A stretch of DNA of 64,000 nt from Candidatus Latescibacterota bacterium (GTDB taxonomy: Bacteria > Latescibacterota > UBA2968), in contig OZ241986.1 in NCBI GenBank assembly GCA_965204375.1, positions 1,728,001 through 1,792,000 on the forward strand, written 5' to 3'. This document shows positions 48,649 to 58,414 of the stretch, piece after piece (position 1 is the first letter of the stretch; every line of letters begins with the position of its first letter). Below the pieces are notes generated by a model that saw nothing but the letters and a program-made list of their open reading frames with translations, had not been told where the DNA came from and ran no database searches. A program made the translations under genes and the position numbers.

Positions 48649-50769
48649 ATGATAGCCATTTTCAGGAGACTTTTTAAAAAAAGAGATGAATTGCAGTATG
48701 CCCTTGCCAAATGCCCTCGCGCAGCCCGCGAAGGATACCGGATTGCAAAGGGCAATCTTGACGGAATCAAAGTCGCCATAGACGCGATTTCGGAGGATTT
48801 GAAACAATATCTGACAAGTCTGAACGATGGAAATGTCCAAACCTCCGACATTGAAAATCAGACTCAAAAGCAGCTACAACAAGTGGCGTCGGAATTCTAT
48901 TCTTTGCACGAAGAACAGGTGCGCCTTCTGGAAGAGAAACGCGCACAGTTAGACAAGTTCTCAATTGCCCTCTTTGGTCGCACGATGACTGGCAAGTCAA
49001 CGTTGATGGAGATTTTGACTAACGGCGATGGTTTATCCATCGGCAAGGGAGGCCAACGCAAGACCCGAGATGTGCGTAGTTATGACTGGCAAGGACTCAA
49101 AATTACCGATGTGCCCGGCATAGCCGCGTTTGAAGGCCGTGAGGACGAAGAAAAGGCATTTGAGGCCGCCGTGCAGTCGGATCTGGTGCTTTTCCTTATC
49201 ACCGATGATGCACCACAGAACAAAGAAGCACAGTGCTTTGCACGGGTTCGGGCACTCGGCAAACCGATTCTGGGTATCTGCAATTTTAAATATGCTCTCA
49301 ACAATGCGGACAATATGAGCCTTTTTTTGCGAAGGAATTGGTTTTACCACAAACGAAAGGATCTCAATGCTATCGTCCAACAATTTCACGAGTTTGCGGA
49401 AAAATACAGTCCGGGTAGGCGCATTTTCTTCGCATATACCCACTTACAATCAAAATTCCTATCTCAACAGCCCAATTACAAACCGCAACAGAGCGAGTTA
49501 GAACACGCGAGCCGCTTCAACTACGTCGAAAAGCAAATTATCTCGGAGGTGATTGACTGCGGGAGATTCCTGCGATGGAAGAATTTCATTGATGGTGCTG
49601 TTGTTCCAATGCTTGAGTTTAGCGATAAGTTGTTGGACTTTAGTGCTCAACACTCGTTGAGTGGTAGGGTTCTTATCGATAAGCATCGCCAAGTCAAGTC
49701 ATGGTCTGATGGATTTCGCAAAAGTGGCAAAGAACGCATTGATACATTCATCCAAAGGGAAATGAACTCACTTCGCGCTGAAATTCCGGGGTTTGCTGAA
49801 GACTACTATGATCGGTCTGATGCTGGCGAGCACTGGCATCGATTAGTCGAGAATAAAAGTATAAAGCTAAAAGCAGAGAAACTTGCCGAGCAAATCCAGA
49901 ATGAATGTAAAGACGAACAGTCAGAGATCGAACGGCAACTTAAATCCGAACTGAATTTCGTCGATAAAGTTGCTGGCGACCGCAGGATTAGCATGGATTC
50001 TATATTCGATACAAAACGCGCTTGGAACTGGACGACCACCATTGTTTCTGGTGGACTTGCTATCGCTGCTCTTTTAGCTAGCGGTCCTTCTGGCTGGGCT
50101 GCAGCAGGAGTTAAATTGGTGGGGTGGTTCCTTTCTTTATTTTTTGGGGATAGAGAGGAGAAGGCGAGAAAGCAACGCAAGGAACTCGAAAGCAAGCTCA
50201 AACATGATGTCAGCAAGATAGAAAGTAACCTCCAAAAGGAACTTGGTGATTGGTTCTACCAAGACCTTCTCAAAAAGCGAGTCAATGCCTTTCTCAGAGA
50301 ATTTCAGCCGGTCATTTCGGGAACCTTCGAACTAGCAGACAGGCAGAGACATTTGGCATGGAGGATCAACAAGCAACATAAAGAATTGCACCGTGCTCTG
50401 ATCAATAAAGCATTTGATCAGCTTGGATATAGAGACAGTAGAGATCTCATATTGGATATAGCGCGAGTCCCTGGGCTGGCGATCATGTTGCTTATTGAGC
50501 CTGATACTACATTCCCAGAGGATGTGCGTAGGAATTTGGGGAAACTACTTGGAGAAAATGTCTGGTTCGTAGTCAACACTCGTAACAAGAGATCAATTCT
50601 ATCCCAAGCCATTGGGCGCGACTGTGATCCGAGCAAAATCCGTATTGAATCAAAAATTCAAGTCGCACATGTGCCTGTAGGACAACTCGATGCGGTTGGC
50701 GTCGCTCGGATCAAGTTGGCGCAACAGTTGACTGAACTCCATGTGATGAACTCGGAAAGGAACCATTAA
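48649..50769 (+). CDS. Dynamin-like GTPase, LeoBC-like
   Basis: AAAGGA RBS; GRTMTGKS, DVPG, helical stalk, hydrophobic paddle (GGLAIAALLASGP). Confidence 0.78.
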   Translation: MIAIFRRLFKKRDELQYALAKCPRAAREGYRIAKGNLDGIKVAIDAISEDLKQYLTSLNDGNVQTSDIENQTQKQLQQVASEFYSLHEEQVRLLEEKRAQLDKFSIALFGRTMTGKSTLMEILTNGDGLSIGKGGQRKTRDVRSYDWQGLKITDVPGIAAFEGREDEEKAFEAAVQSDLVLFLITDDAPQNKEAQCFARVRALGKPILGICNFKYALNNADNMSLFLRRNWFYHKRKDLNAIVQQFHEFAEKYSPGRRIFFAYTHLQSKFLSQQPNYKPQQSELEHASRFNYVEKQIISEVIDCGRFLRWKNFIDGAVVPMLEFSDKLLDFSAQHSLSGRVLIDKHRQVKSWSDGFRKSGKERIDTFIQREMNSLRAEIPGFAEDYYDRSDAGEHWHRLVENKSIKLKAEKLAEQIQNECKDEQSEIERQLKSELNFVDKVAGDRRISMDSIFDTKRAWNWTTTIVSGGLAIAALLASGPSGWAAAGVKLVGWFLSLFFGDREEKARKQRKELESKLKHDVSKIESNLQKELGDWFYQDLLKKRVNAFLREFQPVISGTFELADRQRHLAWRINKQHKELHRALINKAFDQLGYRDSRDLILDIARVPGLAIMLLIEPDTTFPEDVRRNLGKLLGENVWFVVNTRNKRSILSQAIGRDCDPSKIRIESKIQVAHVPVGQLDAVGVARIKLAQQLTELHVMNSERNH

Positions 50770-52503
50770 ATGAAAACAGTACATATTCAATCATGTTTAG
50801 AACGAGGAGAGGTCCTACTCAAAAAGGCAGAAAGAGTTCTCAGAGATGCGCCTTTTGACAAGGTACGAGAGCTTGCCCAGCGGGTTCCGGGAGAAGTTGC
50901 ACCGCCTGATAAAGCTGTTCATGTAGTCTTTGCCGGCCAATACAGTGCAGGTAAGTCTTCGATCCTCAAAGTTATGACGGAACGAGAAGACATAGACATT
51001 GGGGCTGGAATCACGACCCAACAGGTGCAACGGCTCGACTGGAACGGCATCAAGGTCATAGACACACTTGGCGTCCATACGGAGATACGGCCCGATCACG
51101 ACGCAATAACGTACGAGGCAATCAGCAAAGCTGACCTCTTGGTCTTTGTCGTCACCAACGAGCTATTTGACGCCCATATCGCAGAGCATTTCAGGAAACT
51201 CGCTATTGAACGGGAAAAAGCCCACGAAATGTTGCTGGTCATAAATAAGATGCAACGACATGCCGAGGGGAATACACCAGCGGCGCAGGATGTGATCCGG
51301 GAAGATCTCCGAAAAGTCCTCGTGCCGTTTACCCCGGAACAACTTCGCCTTTCTTTTTTGGATGCTGAGGCTGCACTTGAGGCCCGCACAGAGGAGGACG
51401 AAGAGTTCCGAAGAATTTTTCACAAACGGAGTGGTTTTGACGCCTTTGTCGATAACTTCAATGCGTTCGTAAAAGAAAAAGGCTTGACCGCACGTTATAC
51501 AACATCGCTATATATCCTTGAACAGGTGCTTCAAGAGGCCCTCGCAGCCGAATCAAGCGACGATGGCGATGTGGACGACTTGCAAGAGTTGTTTCTTCAA
51601 CAACGAAATGCATTAGTGAGTGGTAAAGCACAGGTTTCTCAATCAGTGGAAAATAAGGTCCAACAGACGACAAACAAGATTCGGGAGGAAGGGCGCAAGG
51701 TCGCTGACCTAATTCGTGGAGATGCGGATAATGAGGCTGTTAATCGGGAATTAACGGCTGCTCAAGAGCGTATTGAAAAACAGGCAGGTGAGTTGTCGGA
51801 TTTCATCCAAAAAACTATGGAAGAGGGCATCAACGATCTCGCGGAGAGGGTGGGTCAAATCGCGGAGAGCGAATTCGCCAAAGAGTTGTTATCGAGGCTT
51901 AAAGAAAGAGTCCAAGATCTCGATATTGATCCAGAGATGTCGTCTAATATGAAACAAGTTGGAGATGTGACCCATCGGCTTGGGCAGTTCCTCGTAAAAA
52001 ATTCGTTTACTCCCAAAACCTCGACCTTCTCCGGTCTGTTCAAACTCAACCAGTATTCGGGTACAGAAACCCACAGCATGGTTAAAGATATAGGGCACTT
52101 TTTTGGAAAGTCCTTTAAACCGTGGGAGGCAGTAAAATGGACGCGTACAATCGCAAACGCGGGACGAGTTTTGCAAGTAGGAGGTTTTTTTTTGAGTGTT
52201 GTTATGCAGATCAAAGAAGACGCCGATGCAGCTAAGCTGGAACAGGATTTGCGCGAAGGCCGGGTGGCTGTGCGGGCGGGATTTAGTGATGCTGCCAATG
52301 CTATTGAACTCCATTTCGATGAAACGACCAACACTTATGTAGATCAAACCATCGGCAAGCGCATTGTGGAGATCGATGAGGAGCTTGAAGAACTCAGAGA
52401 TATGAAGCAATCTCGCAGCGATCTTTTTCAAGAACTCAATGCTCTGTTAGAAGATACACGGGAGCTTATTTCAGAGATGCATGTTGATAGCCATTCTGAA
52501 TGA
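50770..52503 (+). CDS. Dynamin-like GTPase, LeoA/HP0731-like
   Basis: FAGQYSAGKS, GAGITT, DTLG, INKM, KDIGHFFGKSFKPWEAVK. Confidence 0.82.
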   Translation: MKTVHIQSCLERGEVLLKKAERVLRDAPFDKVRELAQRVPGEVAPPDKAVHVVFAGQYSAGKSSILKVMTEREDIDIGAGITTQQVQRLDWNGIKVIDTLGVHTEIRPDHDAITYEAISKADLLVFVVTNELFDAHIAEHFRKLAIEREKAHEMLLVINKMQRHAEGNTPAAQDVIREDLRKVLVPFTPEQLRLSFLDAEAALEARTEEDEEFRRIFHKRSGFDAFVDNFNAFVKEKGLTARYTTSLYILEQVLQEALAAESSDDGDVDDLQELFLQQRNALVSGKAQVSQSVENKVQQTTNKIREEGRKVADLIRGDADNEAVNRELTAAQERIEKQAGELSDFIQKTMEEGINDLAERVGQIAESEFAKELLSRLKERVQDLDIDPEMSSNMKQVGDVTHRLGQFLVKNSFTPKTSTFSGLFKLNQYSGTETHSMVKDIGHFFGKSFKPWEAVKWTRTIANAGRVLQVGGFFLSVVMQIKEDADAAKLEQDLREGRVAVRAGFSDAANAIELHFDETTNTYVDQTIGKRIVEIDEELEELRDMKQSRSDLFQELNALLEDTRELISEMHVDSHSE

Positions 52504-52877
52504 CCTGAGATTGTACGAAGCTAGAAACGAAGGGATTTTTTATTTTGTTTTTTGAACTGCAAAGTGAATTTTCAAAAAAATCTTGACAGAACAATTAAGT
52601 TGCCCTTTTTATTTAGCCATGGCTGAGAAATGCCACCCAGATCTTTTTGTTCACAGAGGCTACAAAAACGGAATAACGCCATCAAAAAGGCACAGCTCCT
52701 CATTGACAGTGGCGGCTTAGCCTTTGAGCTTATTGAGTATGCAGCATTGGCGAGAATATCCAACAATAACCGCCTTACTGATTACTTGTATAATCTATCA
52801 CAGGAGGTTGTGTTAAAATGACTGATGTATCCAATGGTAGCGGATCAGGGGAGGGAGCCAGTGAACTTTGTTATCTC

Positions 52878-53327
52878 CTAAAAATCGTAGGGGCGCATTC
52901 CAAAAAGAGCTCTGTATTCTTCTGAGTCTTTCCCGTAGTCATCAATGATTTTTTCTTGCATAGCTTCCAGTATTGCTTCAAAATTGGGATTAGTTGGGTC
53001 ATACCCATTGGCATCAAAAATTTGTTTTCGAGCCTGACATAAAAGCTCTACTATGGGATACTGCTCCTTTTCTGGTGCAGATTCTCGTGCCTGATTCAGT
53101 TGCACTATATTTGCCAATATATGAGGATCTATGGTTATCTGCATGGAAAGCCTCCTTTCAATTGCATTGTTGTAGCTTTCCTCAACGTTATCAAATTTCC
53201 CTCGCTCTGTCAACTCCATCCATGCCTTTTGATGTTCTGACCCATATCTTAGAGTAACCACTCTTACGGTGCTTTTCGCGGCACTTTCGTATATAATTGA
53301 GGGGTGTGCATAAAATGAGATTGACAT
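52878..53327 (-). CDS. Hypothetical protein, possibly 5'-truncated
   Basis: Low-GC ORF with a plausible helical C-terminal region; its N-terminus runs through a junction motif and a possible IS end. Confidence 0.5.
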   Translation of the reverse strand: MSISFYAHPSIIYESAAKSTVRVVTLRYGSEHQKAWMELTERGKFDNVEESYNNAIERRLSMQITIDPHILANIVQLNQARESAPEKEQYPIVELLCQARKQIFDANGYDPTNPNFEAILEAMQEKIIDDYGKDSEEYRALFGMRPYDF

Positions 53328-53514
53328 AGTCGGTAAAAAGTCGCCACTTGTAGAAGCAACCAACTTCACAAGGAGGCGACCGATGGCAAAACCAAAATTC
53401 ACCGACTATGTCGAACTGATACATACACTTTTTGACAAGTTTGCACAAGCCCAAACACCCAAGCCCAAACGGGTCAAGTCCACACTTGTATATAATCCCT
53501 ACTCTAAAACCTAA
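53323..53514 (+). mobile_element. Possible IS left-end remnant with a truncated transposase-like N-terminus (53383-53514)
   Basis: GACATAGTCGGT (53323-34) pairs with ACCGACTATGTC (53401-12) and the fold-back sequesters the GGAGG RBS; 43-aa ORF MAKPKFTDYVELIHTLFDKF...PKR; the transposase identity is from recollection only. Confidence 0.5.
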
Positions 53515-53532
53515 CCCAATACACACCCCTTC

Positions 53533-53570
53533 AAAAATGACTCACTGATACATCCAGTGGGTCATTTTTT
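53533..53570. terminator. Bidirectional terminator-like hairpin
   Basis: AAAAATGACTCACTG...CAGTGGGTCATTTTT. Confidence 0.75.
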
Positions 53571-53650
53571 CGTTTTAACTGGTCATAGTTTCAACAATTT
53601 TATATATTCAACGGTCTCTCGAATAGAACGTCTTAACACTGGAGTCTAAA

Positions 53651-53932
53651 ATGTATTACAGCCCTGATAATCCCTCGATAGAACTACGCAAAGCTATCTT
53701 AAAGAAAGCATTCGAGTACAACGGCGGAGTTCCTAAAAACATAGCCATATCCGAACTAATATCCGAAAACGGAGTTTCACCCGAAAATCGAAATGTTTTT
53801 TGTCAGTGCATAGACAAAGAAATCGAAATACTTATCACCGAAAATCAATTAACCATTGATAACTCAAGAGGTCTAAATTTGCTTATGCTTACACCGTTAT
53901 CCGATCTTTCAGGAATAAAAAAATTTAAATGA
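53651..53932 (+). CDS. Hypothetical protein (possible winged helix), low GC
   Basis: GGAG RBS; followed by a terminator. Confidence 0.6.
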   Translation: MYYSPDNPSIELRKAILKKAFEYNGGVPKNIAISELISENGVSPENRNVFCQCIDKEIEILITENQLTIDNSRGLNLLMLTPLSDLSGIKKFK

Positions 53933-53967
53933 TGTAATCCATTACGATTGCAAAATCCAGTGACCAT

Positions 53968-53997
53968 ACCCCACCAACCCCGTTGGTGGGGTTTTTC
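53968..53997 (+). terminator. Rho-independent terminator
   Basis: ACCCCACCAAC-ccc-GTTGGTGGGGT-TTTT. Confidence 0.82.
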
Positions 53998-54142
53998 TTT
54001 CCAACACAAAAACATGCTGCTCAACACAACCTTTTACATTATATTTTCTGTATATCCAAATAAGCGGTACGAGGCGATCTGCCAATCGCCCCGCATCATC
54101 CCAATCACCATGACTCCTACACAATGAAAGGGGATTTCTGCC

Positions 54143-54400
54143 ATGACTCCTTTTGAAAACGTTGAAATTGATGTACGTCTTAACACTCTTGCCATCACCG
54201 GAGAATACAAGAAAACAGGTGAAAAAATAGTAGTCCAACTTACAAAACCCGTACCGAAAATAATCAATAACAATATCTACGGAGATTACAGAATGTCGCA
54301 CCATCCGCTAAACCAAGAACTAATATCGTGCCTAAATGAATCTGACACCTTCACCATACATCATTTCTTATCCTTTTTTCCCATCACTTTTGATCACTGA
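54143..54400 (+). CDS. Hypothetical protein, low GC
   Basis: AAGGGG RBS, ATG start, 85 aa. Confidence 0.55.
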   Translation: MTPFENVEIDVRLNTLAITGEYKKTGEKIVVQLTKPVPKIINNNIYGDYRMSHHPLNQELISCLNESDTFTIHHFLSFFPITFDH

Positions 54401-54524
54401 ATCAAAAACGAAACACATAAACATTAAACCATAAATAACAAATACTTATACCCAATTTTTCACTTTTGTATATAATCCCCAAAAATTTGATGCGCGCTTC
54501 GCACATGCTTATGGCGTCTCAGAA

Positions 54525-55175
54525 GTGGCTCGCTATCTAAATATTCCGCCATCTACGCTCAGGTACTGGATATCAGGAGTTAGGTATCACTCTGCCCGAA
54601 GCAACTTTGAACCCGTTATTAGTGTACCTCCAGCGGAAATCGTGCAACTATCCTTTGTCAACTTAGTGGAAGCCCATGTCCTGGTGGCACTCCGCAGAGT
54701 CCACAAAGTGCGTTTGCAGGATATCCGGGTAGCACTGGACACGCTTGAAAAACAGTTTCCCAGACAACCTCATCCTCTGGCTTTTGAGACTTTCGCAATG
54801 GATGGAAAAGATCTGTTCTTAAAACATATCGGGCAGCTTATCAATCTCTCCAGGCGCGGACAACTGGAAATGGAAGAAGTTATCGACATGTATCTTCATC
54901 GTATTGAGTATGATACAAGTGGTCCTATTATCTTATACCCCTTTACACGAGACCCACTCCAGGAAGATGATCAACCGAAAGCCGTCTTGATAAATCCCTA
55001 CATTTCCTTTGGTCGTCCTGTGCTCGCGGGAAAAGGCGTGCCGACCGAATTGATCTTTGAGCGGTTTAACGCAGGTGAGTTAATAGATACACTGGCTAAA
55101 GATTATGGACGTGAGAGGTGGGAGATTGAAGAAACGATCCGGTATGAATCAGCCAGAGGCAGAAAAGCCGCTTGA
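54525..55175 (+). CDS. HTH + DUF433 antitoxin (VapB45-like), possibly 5'-truncated
   Basis: LSFVNLVEAHVL, INPYISFGRPVL...GVPT; family-like sequence (AYGVSEVARYL) continues upstream with no start codon. Confidence 0.85.
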   Translation: MARYLNIPPSTLRYWISGVRYHSARSNFEPVISVPPAEIVQLSFVNLVEAHVLVALRRVHKVRLQDIRVALDTLEKQFPRQPHPLAFETFAMDGKDLFLKHIGQLINLSRRGQLEMEEVIDMYLHRIEYDTSGPIILYPFTRDPLQEDDQPKAVLINPYISFGRPVLAGKGVPTELIFERFNAGELIDTLAKDYGRERWEIEETIRYESARGRKAA

Positions 55176-55267
55176 CCTTCCACTCGTTTTTGTGGAATAT
55201 ATCTCAATCAGTAAACTTGTGAGGAGTCATTGAAAGCGACTTCAATTGAGATGCGAATAAAGAGGTT

Positions 55268-55525
55268 TTGACGATGAAACCCCCACACTGGTCACAAGCT
55301 GATTCACGCGAAGCCAAACAGATCTGGGAGGAATACCAAAAGCAGCATAATCTCTCGGATCGGATTGGACAAACAGCGGGTATTGATCCAAAAAGTAAGC
55401 GCATTTGGTTTGGTTCTTCAATTAGAGATATTGTCCTCCAAAGAAATACTGAAGGATTGAATTCTCCTCTTTTTTTTCAACGAGTCGGTTCTGAAACCTA
55501 TTTCCGTAAAAGAGTTCGTCGGTGA
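55268..55525 (+). CDS. Small hypothetical protein (antitoxin-like)
   Basis: GAGG RBS; GQTAGIDP...IWFG...FFQRVG. Confidence 0.7.
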   Translation: MTMKPPHWSQADSREAKQIWEEYQKQHNLSDRIGQTAGIDPKSKRIWFGSSIRDIVLQRNTEGLNSPLFFQRVGSETYFRKRVRR

Positions 55526-55526
55526 T

Positions 55527-55760
55527 TCACGGAACCGCTTTAGCTGATGAATACGATTCTGTCAGTGTATAAGACGTTTCTTCATCTTCCATACCACGCA
55601 TCGCCGATTTAAGAGATAAGTCGGTCCACATCGTATCTTCTTCACGAGCTTTCGGTATTTTGTGCCGCGATTTAAGAAATTCGACAAAATCGAGAACTTC
55701 CCGCAGTACAGGCTCTGGTAAAGTTTGCAAATGTTGAGAAATCTGATCTGCTGTTGTCAT
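55527..55760 (-). CDS. DUF2281-like antitoxin
   Basis: LQTLPEPVLREVLDFVEFLKSR, AMRGMEDE; GAGG RBS. Confidence 0.78.
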   Translation of the reverse strand: MTTADQISQHLQTLPEPVLREVLDFVEFLKSRHKIPKAREEDTMWTDLSLKSAMRGMEDEETSYTLTESYSSAKAVP

Positions 55761-55809
55761 AGCAAAATCCTCATAAAAAACGAGCGTACACAGGTTCGTT
55801 CCTCCATAA

Positions 55810-56568
55810 TCACCCCACCCGAATCCGGTTGATCTTGCTCGCTGCGACACCCGCGCCAAATCCATTATCGATATTGACCACAGTCACGCCCGACGCACAA
55901 CTGTTCAACATCCCCAGCAACGCTGCCAACCCCTTGAAACTCGCCCCATATCCCACGCTGGTCGGCACGGCAATAAGCGGCACATCGACCAAACCACCAA
56001 CCACACTGGGCAGTGCCCCTTCCATACCGGCCACCACGATAATCACACTTGCATCCGATAGACGCTCCCTGCATGCCAGCAAACGGTGAATCCCGGCAAC
56101 CCCCACATCGTAAAGTGTTTCGACATCATTGCCCATCACCCGCGCGGTTTCCACGGCTTCTTCTGCCACGGGCAAATCGGATGTGCCCGCAGATACGACC
56201 AGAATTTTACCAACTGTTTCCGCAGCGGGAATCTCTCCTGCGACAACTACTGTGCGAGCGAGTGAGTTGACATTTGCACCGGGATATTTTGCGACCAGAG
56301 CATCCCGCATCTCTGCATTTGTGCGCGTCGCCAGCAGTGTCGCCCCCGATGACACAATGCGATCTGCTATAGCGACCACCTGCTCAACCGTCTTTCCCTC
56401 GCAAAAAATAACCTCGGGAAACCCCTGCCTCAGCGTGCGGTGGTGGTCAATCCGCGCAAAACCAAGCTCTTCAAAAGGCAAGTGTGCGAGGTGTGCAAAC
56501 GCCTCATCCACATCTGTTTGCCCCTGTGCAACAGCCTCTAACAACGCGCGTATGCGTTCTGGTGTCAC
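55810..56568 (-). CDS. larB: Nickel-pincer cofactor biosynthesis protein LarB
   Basis: FARIDHHR...[50 protein letters not shown]. Confidence 0.95.
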   Translation of the reverse strand: MTPERIRALLEAVAQGQTDVDEAFAHLAHLPFEELGFARIDHHRTLRQGFPEVIFCEGKTVEQVVAIADRIVSSGATLLATRTNAEMRDALVAKYPGANVNSLARTVVVAGEIPAAETVGKILVVSAGTSDLPVAEEAVETARVMGNDVETLYDVGVAGIHRLLACRERLSDASVIIVVAGMEGALPSVVGGLVDVPLIAVPTSVGYGASFKGLAALLGMLNSCASGVTVVNIDNGFGAGVAASKINRIRVG

Positions 56569-57548
56569 GCTGCCCCCCCCGCTTTGATCTGTCCCAGCAA
56601 ATCCATGAGATGATTCGGATCGTCTTCTGTCATCAACGTGCGGCGATAACGCGCCGCGCTGGACACCCCCTTGATATATGCCGCGAGATGCCGGCGCATT
56701 TCCAGGACGCCATAGCGCAGTCCCTTAAACGCGATGGACGCCTTGAGATGGTGAACAGCCATTTCCAGACGGTCATCCTCCGTTGGTCCGGGCAATAATT
56801 CTCCTGTATTCAGAAAGACTTCCATGCGCTTAAAAAGCCATGGATTGCCAATAGCCCATCGCCCCACCATCACCAGATCGCAACCCGTTTTCTGCATCAT
56901 CTCCTTTGCAGCCTCTGGCCCACGCACATCGCCATTGCCAATTACGGGAATCGAAACCGCGTTTTTGACTTCTGCGATAATATCCCAGTCTGCTCTGCCC
57001 GCAAATTTTGCCTCGCGCGTGCGCCCATGCACGGCAATTGCCGCTGCACCAGAATCTTCAGCAATCCGCGCAACTTCCACTGCCTGATTGGCTTGCGACC
57101 ATCCACTTCTAATTTTTAGAGTCACGGGAATATCAACCGTGCGTACCATTGCTGCAATGATCTGTCCCAGTCGATCAGGTGTATTGAGCAGAGCCGCACC
57201 CGCGTTTTTTGTCACGATTTTTTTAACCGGGCACCCGCAATTGATGTCGATAATATCCGGATTGCGCTCTGCCACAACCCGAGCACCTTCGGCCATGACC
57301 TCGGGTTCTGAGCCGAACAACTGCGCGGAAATCGGAAACTCATCGGGTTCAAAATCGAGATATTGATTCGACCTTTCACTGCCCTCGGCCAATCCCTTGG
57401 CACTGACCATCTCCGTGACCGCAAAACTCGCGCCCTGTTGCCTGCACAGCATGCGAAACGACCGGTCTGTAATACCAGCCAATGGCGCCAACGCTGTCCG
57501 CCCGGGAATATTTACATTGCCGATTTGTACGCCCATATCATCACTCAT
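56565..57548 (-). CDS. dusB: tRNA-dihydrouridine synthase
   Basis: [25 protein letters not shown]. Confidence 0.93.
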   Translation of the reverse strand: MSDDMGVQIGNVNIPGRTALAPLAGITDRSFRMLCRQQGASFAVTEMVSAKGLAEGSERSNQYLDFEPDEFPISAQLFGSEPEVMAEGARVVAERNPDIIDINCGCPVKKIVTKNAGAALLNTPDRLGQIIAAMVRTVDIPVTLKIRSGWSQANQAVEVARIAEDSGAAAIAVHGRTREAKFAGRADWDIIAEVKNAVSIPVIGNGDVRGPEAAKEMMQKTGCDLVMVGRWAIGNPWLFKRMEVFLNTGELLPGPTEDDRLEMAVHHLKASIAFKGLRYGVLEMRRHLAAYIKGVSSAARYRRTLMTEDDPNHLMDLLGQIKAGGAA

Positions 57549-58393
57549 CCCGATGTTTCTCGCGCCTCTAACAACACTTTTGACAATTGTTCGGCAAATT
57601 TCACCTGACTATTGTCCTCGGGTTCATAGCCGATTTTCTTTCGCGCATTGGAGATCGTCCAGAAATTGTGCGAATTGCCACTAATACCGTAAAATATCTG
57701 AAATGGAATCCCATATTCATTTTCGATATTTTCAGCCTCGATGCTCTTCACAATCAACTGCACCTGATCCCGGATGCTCAAATACGCCCCCAACCCCCGA
57801 TGCATGCTTTTCAAATTCGTGGATTTTGCGCGATCCATATCCGTCTCGCGCGGGCCACCTATCCGAATCTGCACATTTTCCAATTTCTTGCCATCATTCA
57901 TCAATCCCGTTGCAAAGGTAAAGCCCAACAACTCGTATTGCGCCTTTGCCCAGCCGTAATAATTATCGGAAAGCGGATACATCTCTGGCGTTACAAATTC
58001 CTGCTTGCCCGCCCAGATCAGATTTTCGTAATAATCTGCCGCGTGATTTGAACTGATGATCACGGCGCGCCGAACATTTTCCTCCACACACGTCTGATAC
58101 ACATTGTGCGCCATATCGATATTCGTCATCTCTGCCCAAAAGCGATCCGCATCGTCTTTTGTCCGCACAAATCCGCAGTGGATAATCGCATCCTGCCCTC
58201 TGAAATACTCCCGATACGCATCCCGATCTCGGTTCGTCAAATCCGCAATCACCACATCACTTACTTCCTCGCCTTCGCGATTGGTCGTCTTCACGTCTAA
58301 GACCGTCAGGTCATACCGCTCGCGCAATACAGGCAACATCCGACCAGCCACATAACCCGTCCCCCCCGTAATGAGTACTTTTCTCTTTGACAT
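57545..58393 (-). CDS. NAD-dependent epimerase/dehydratase (uronate-dehydrogenase-like)
   Basis: ITGGTGYV, SSNHA, YGWAK, YGISGN. Confidence 0.85.
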   Translation of the reverse strand: MSKRKVLITGGTGYVAGRMLPVLRERYDLTVLDVKTTNREGEEVSDVVIADLTNRDRDAYREYFRGQDAIIHCGFVRTKDDADRFWAEMTNIDMAHNVYQTCVEENVRRAVIISSNHAADYYENLIWAGKQEFVTPEMYPLSDNYYGWAKAQYELLGFTFATGLMNDGKKLENVQIRIGGPRETDMDRAKSTNLKSMHRGLGAYLSIRDQVQLIVKSIEAENIENEYGIPFQIFYGISGNSHNFWTISNARKKIGYEPEDNSQVKFAEQLSKVLLEARETSG

Positions 58394-58414
58394 ATCTGCT
58401 CCTCAAATCAACCA

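Noticed and set aside
48012-55760. Prophage or integron
   Set aside because: No integrase, phage structural genes, tRNA att site or recognisable attC sites in the window
55810-56568. Lactate racemase (lar) cluster
   Set aside because: Only larB is present; dispersed lar genes are common
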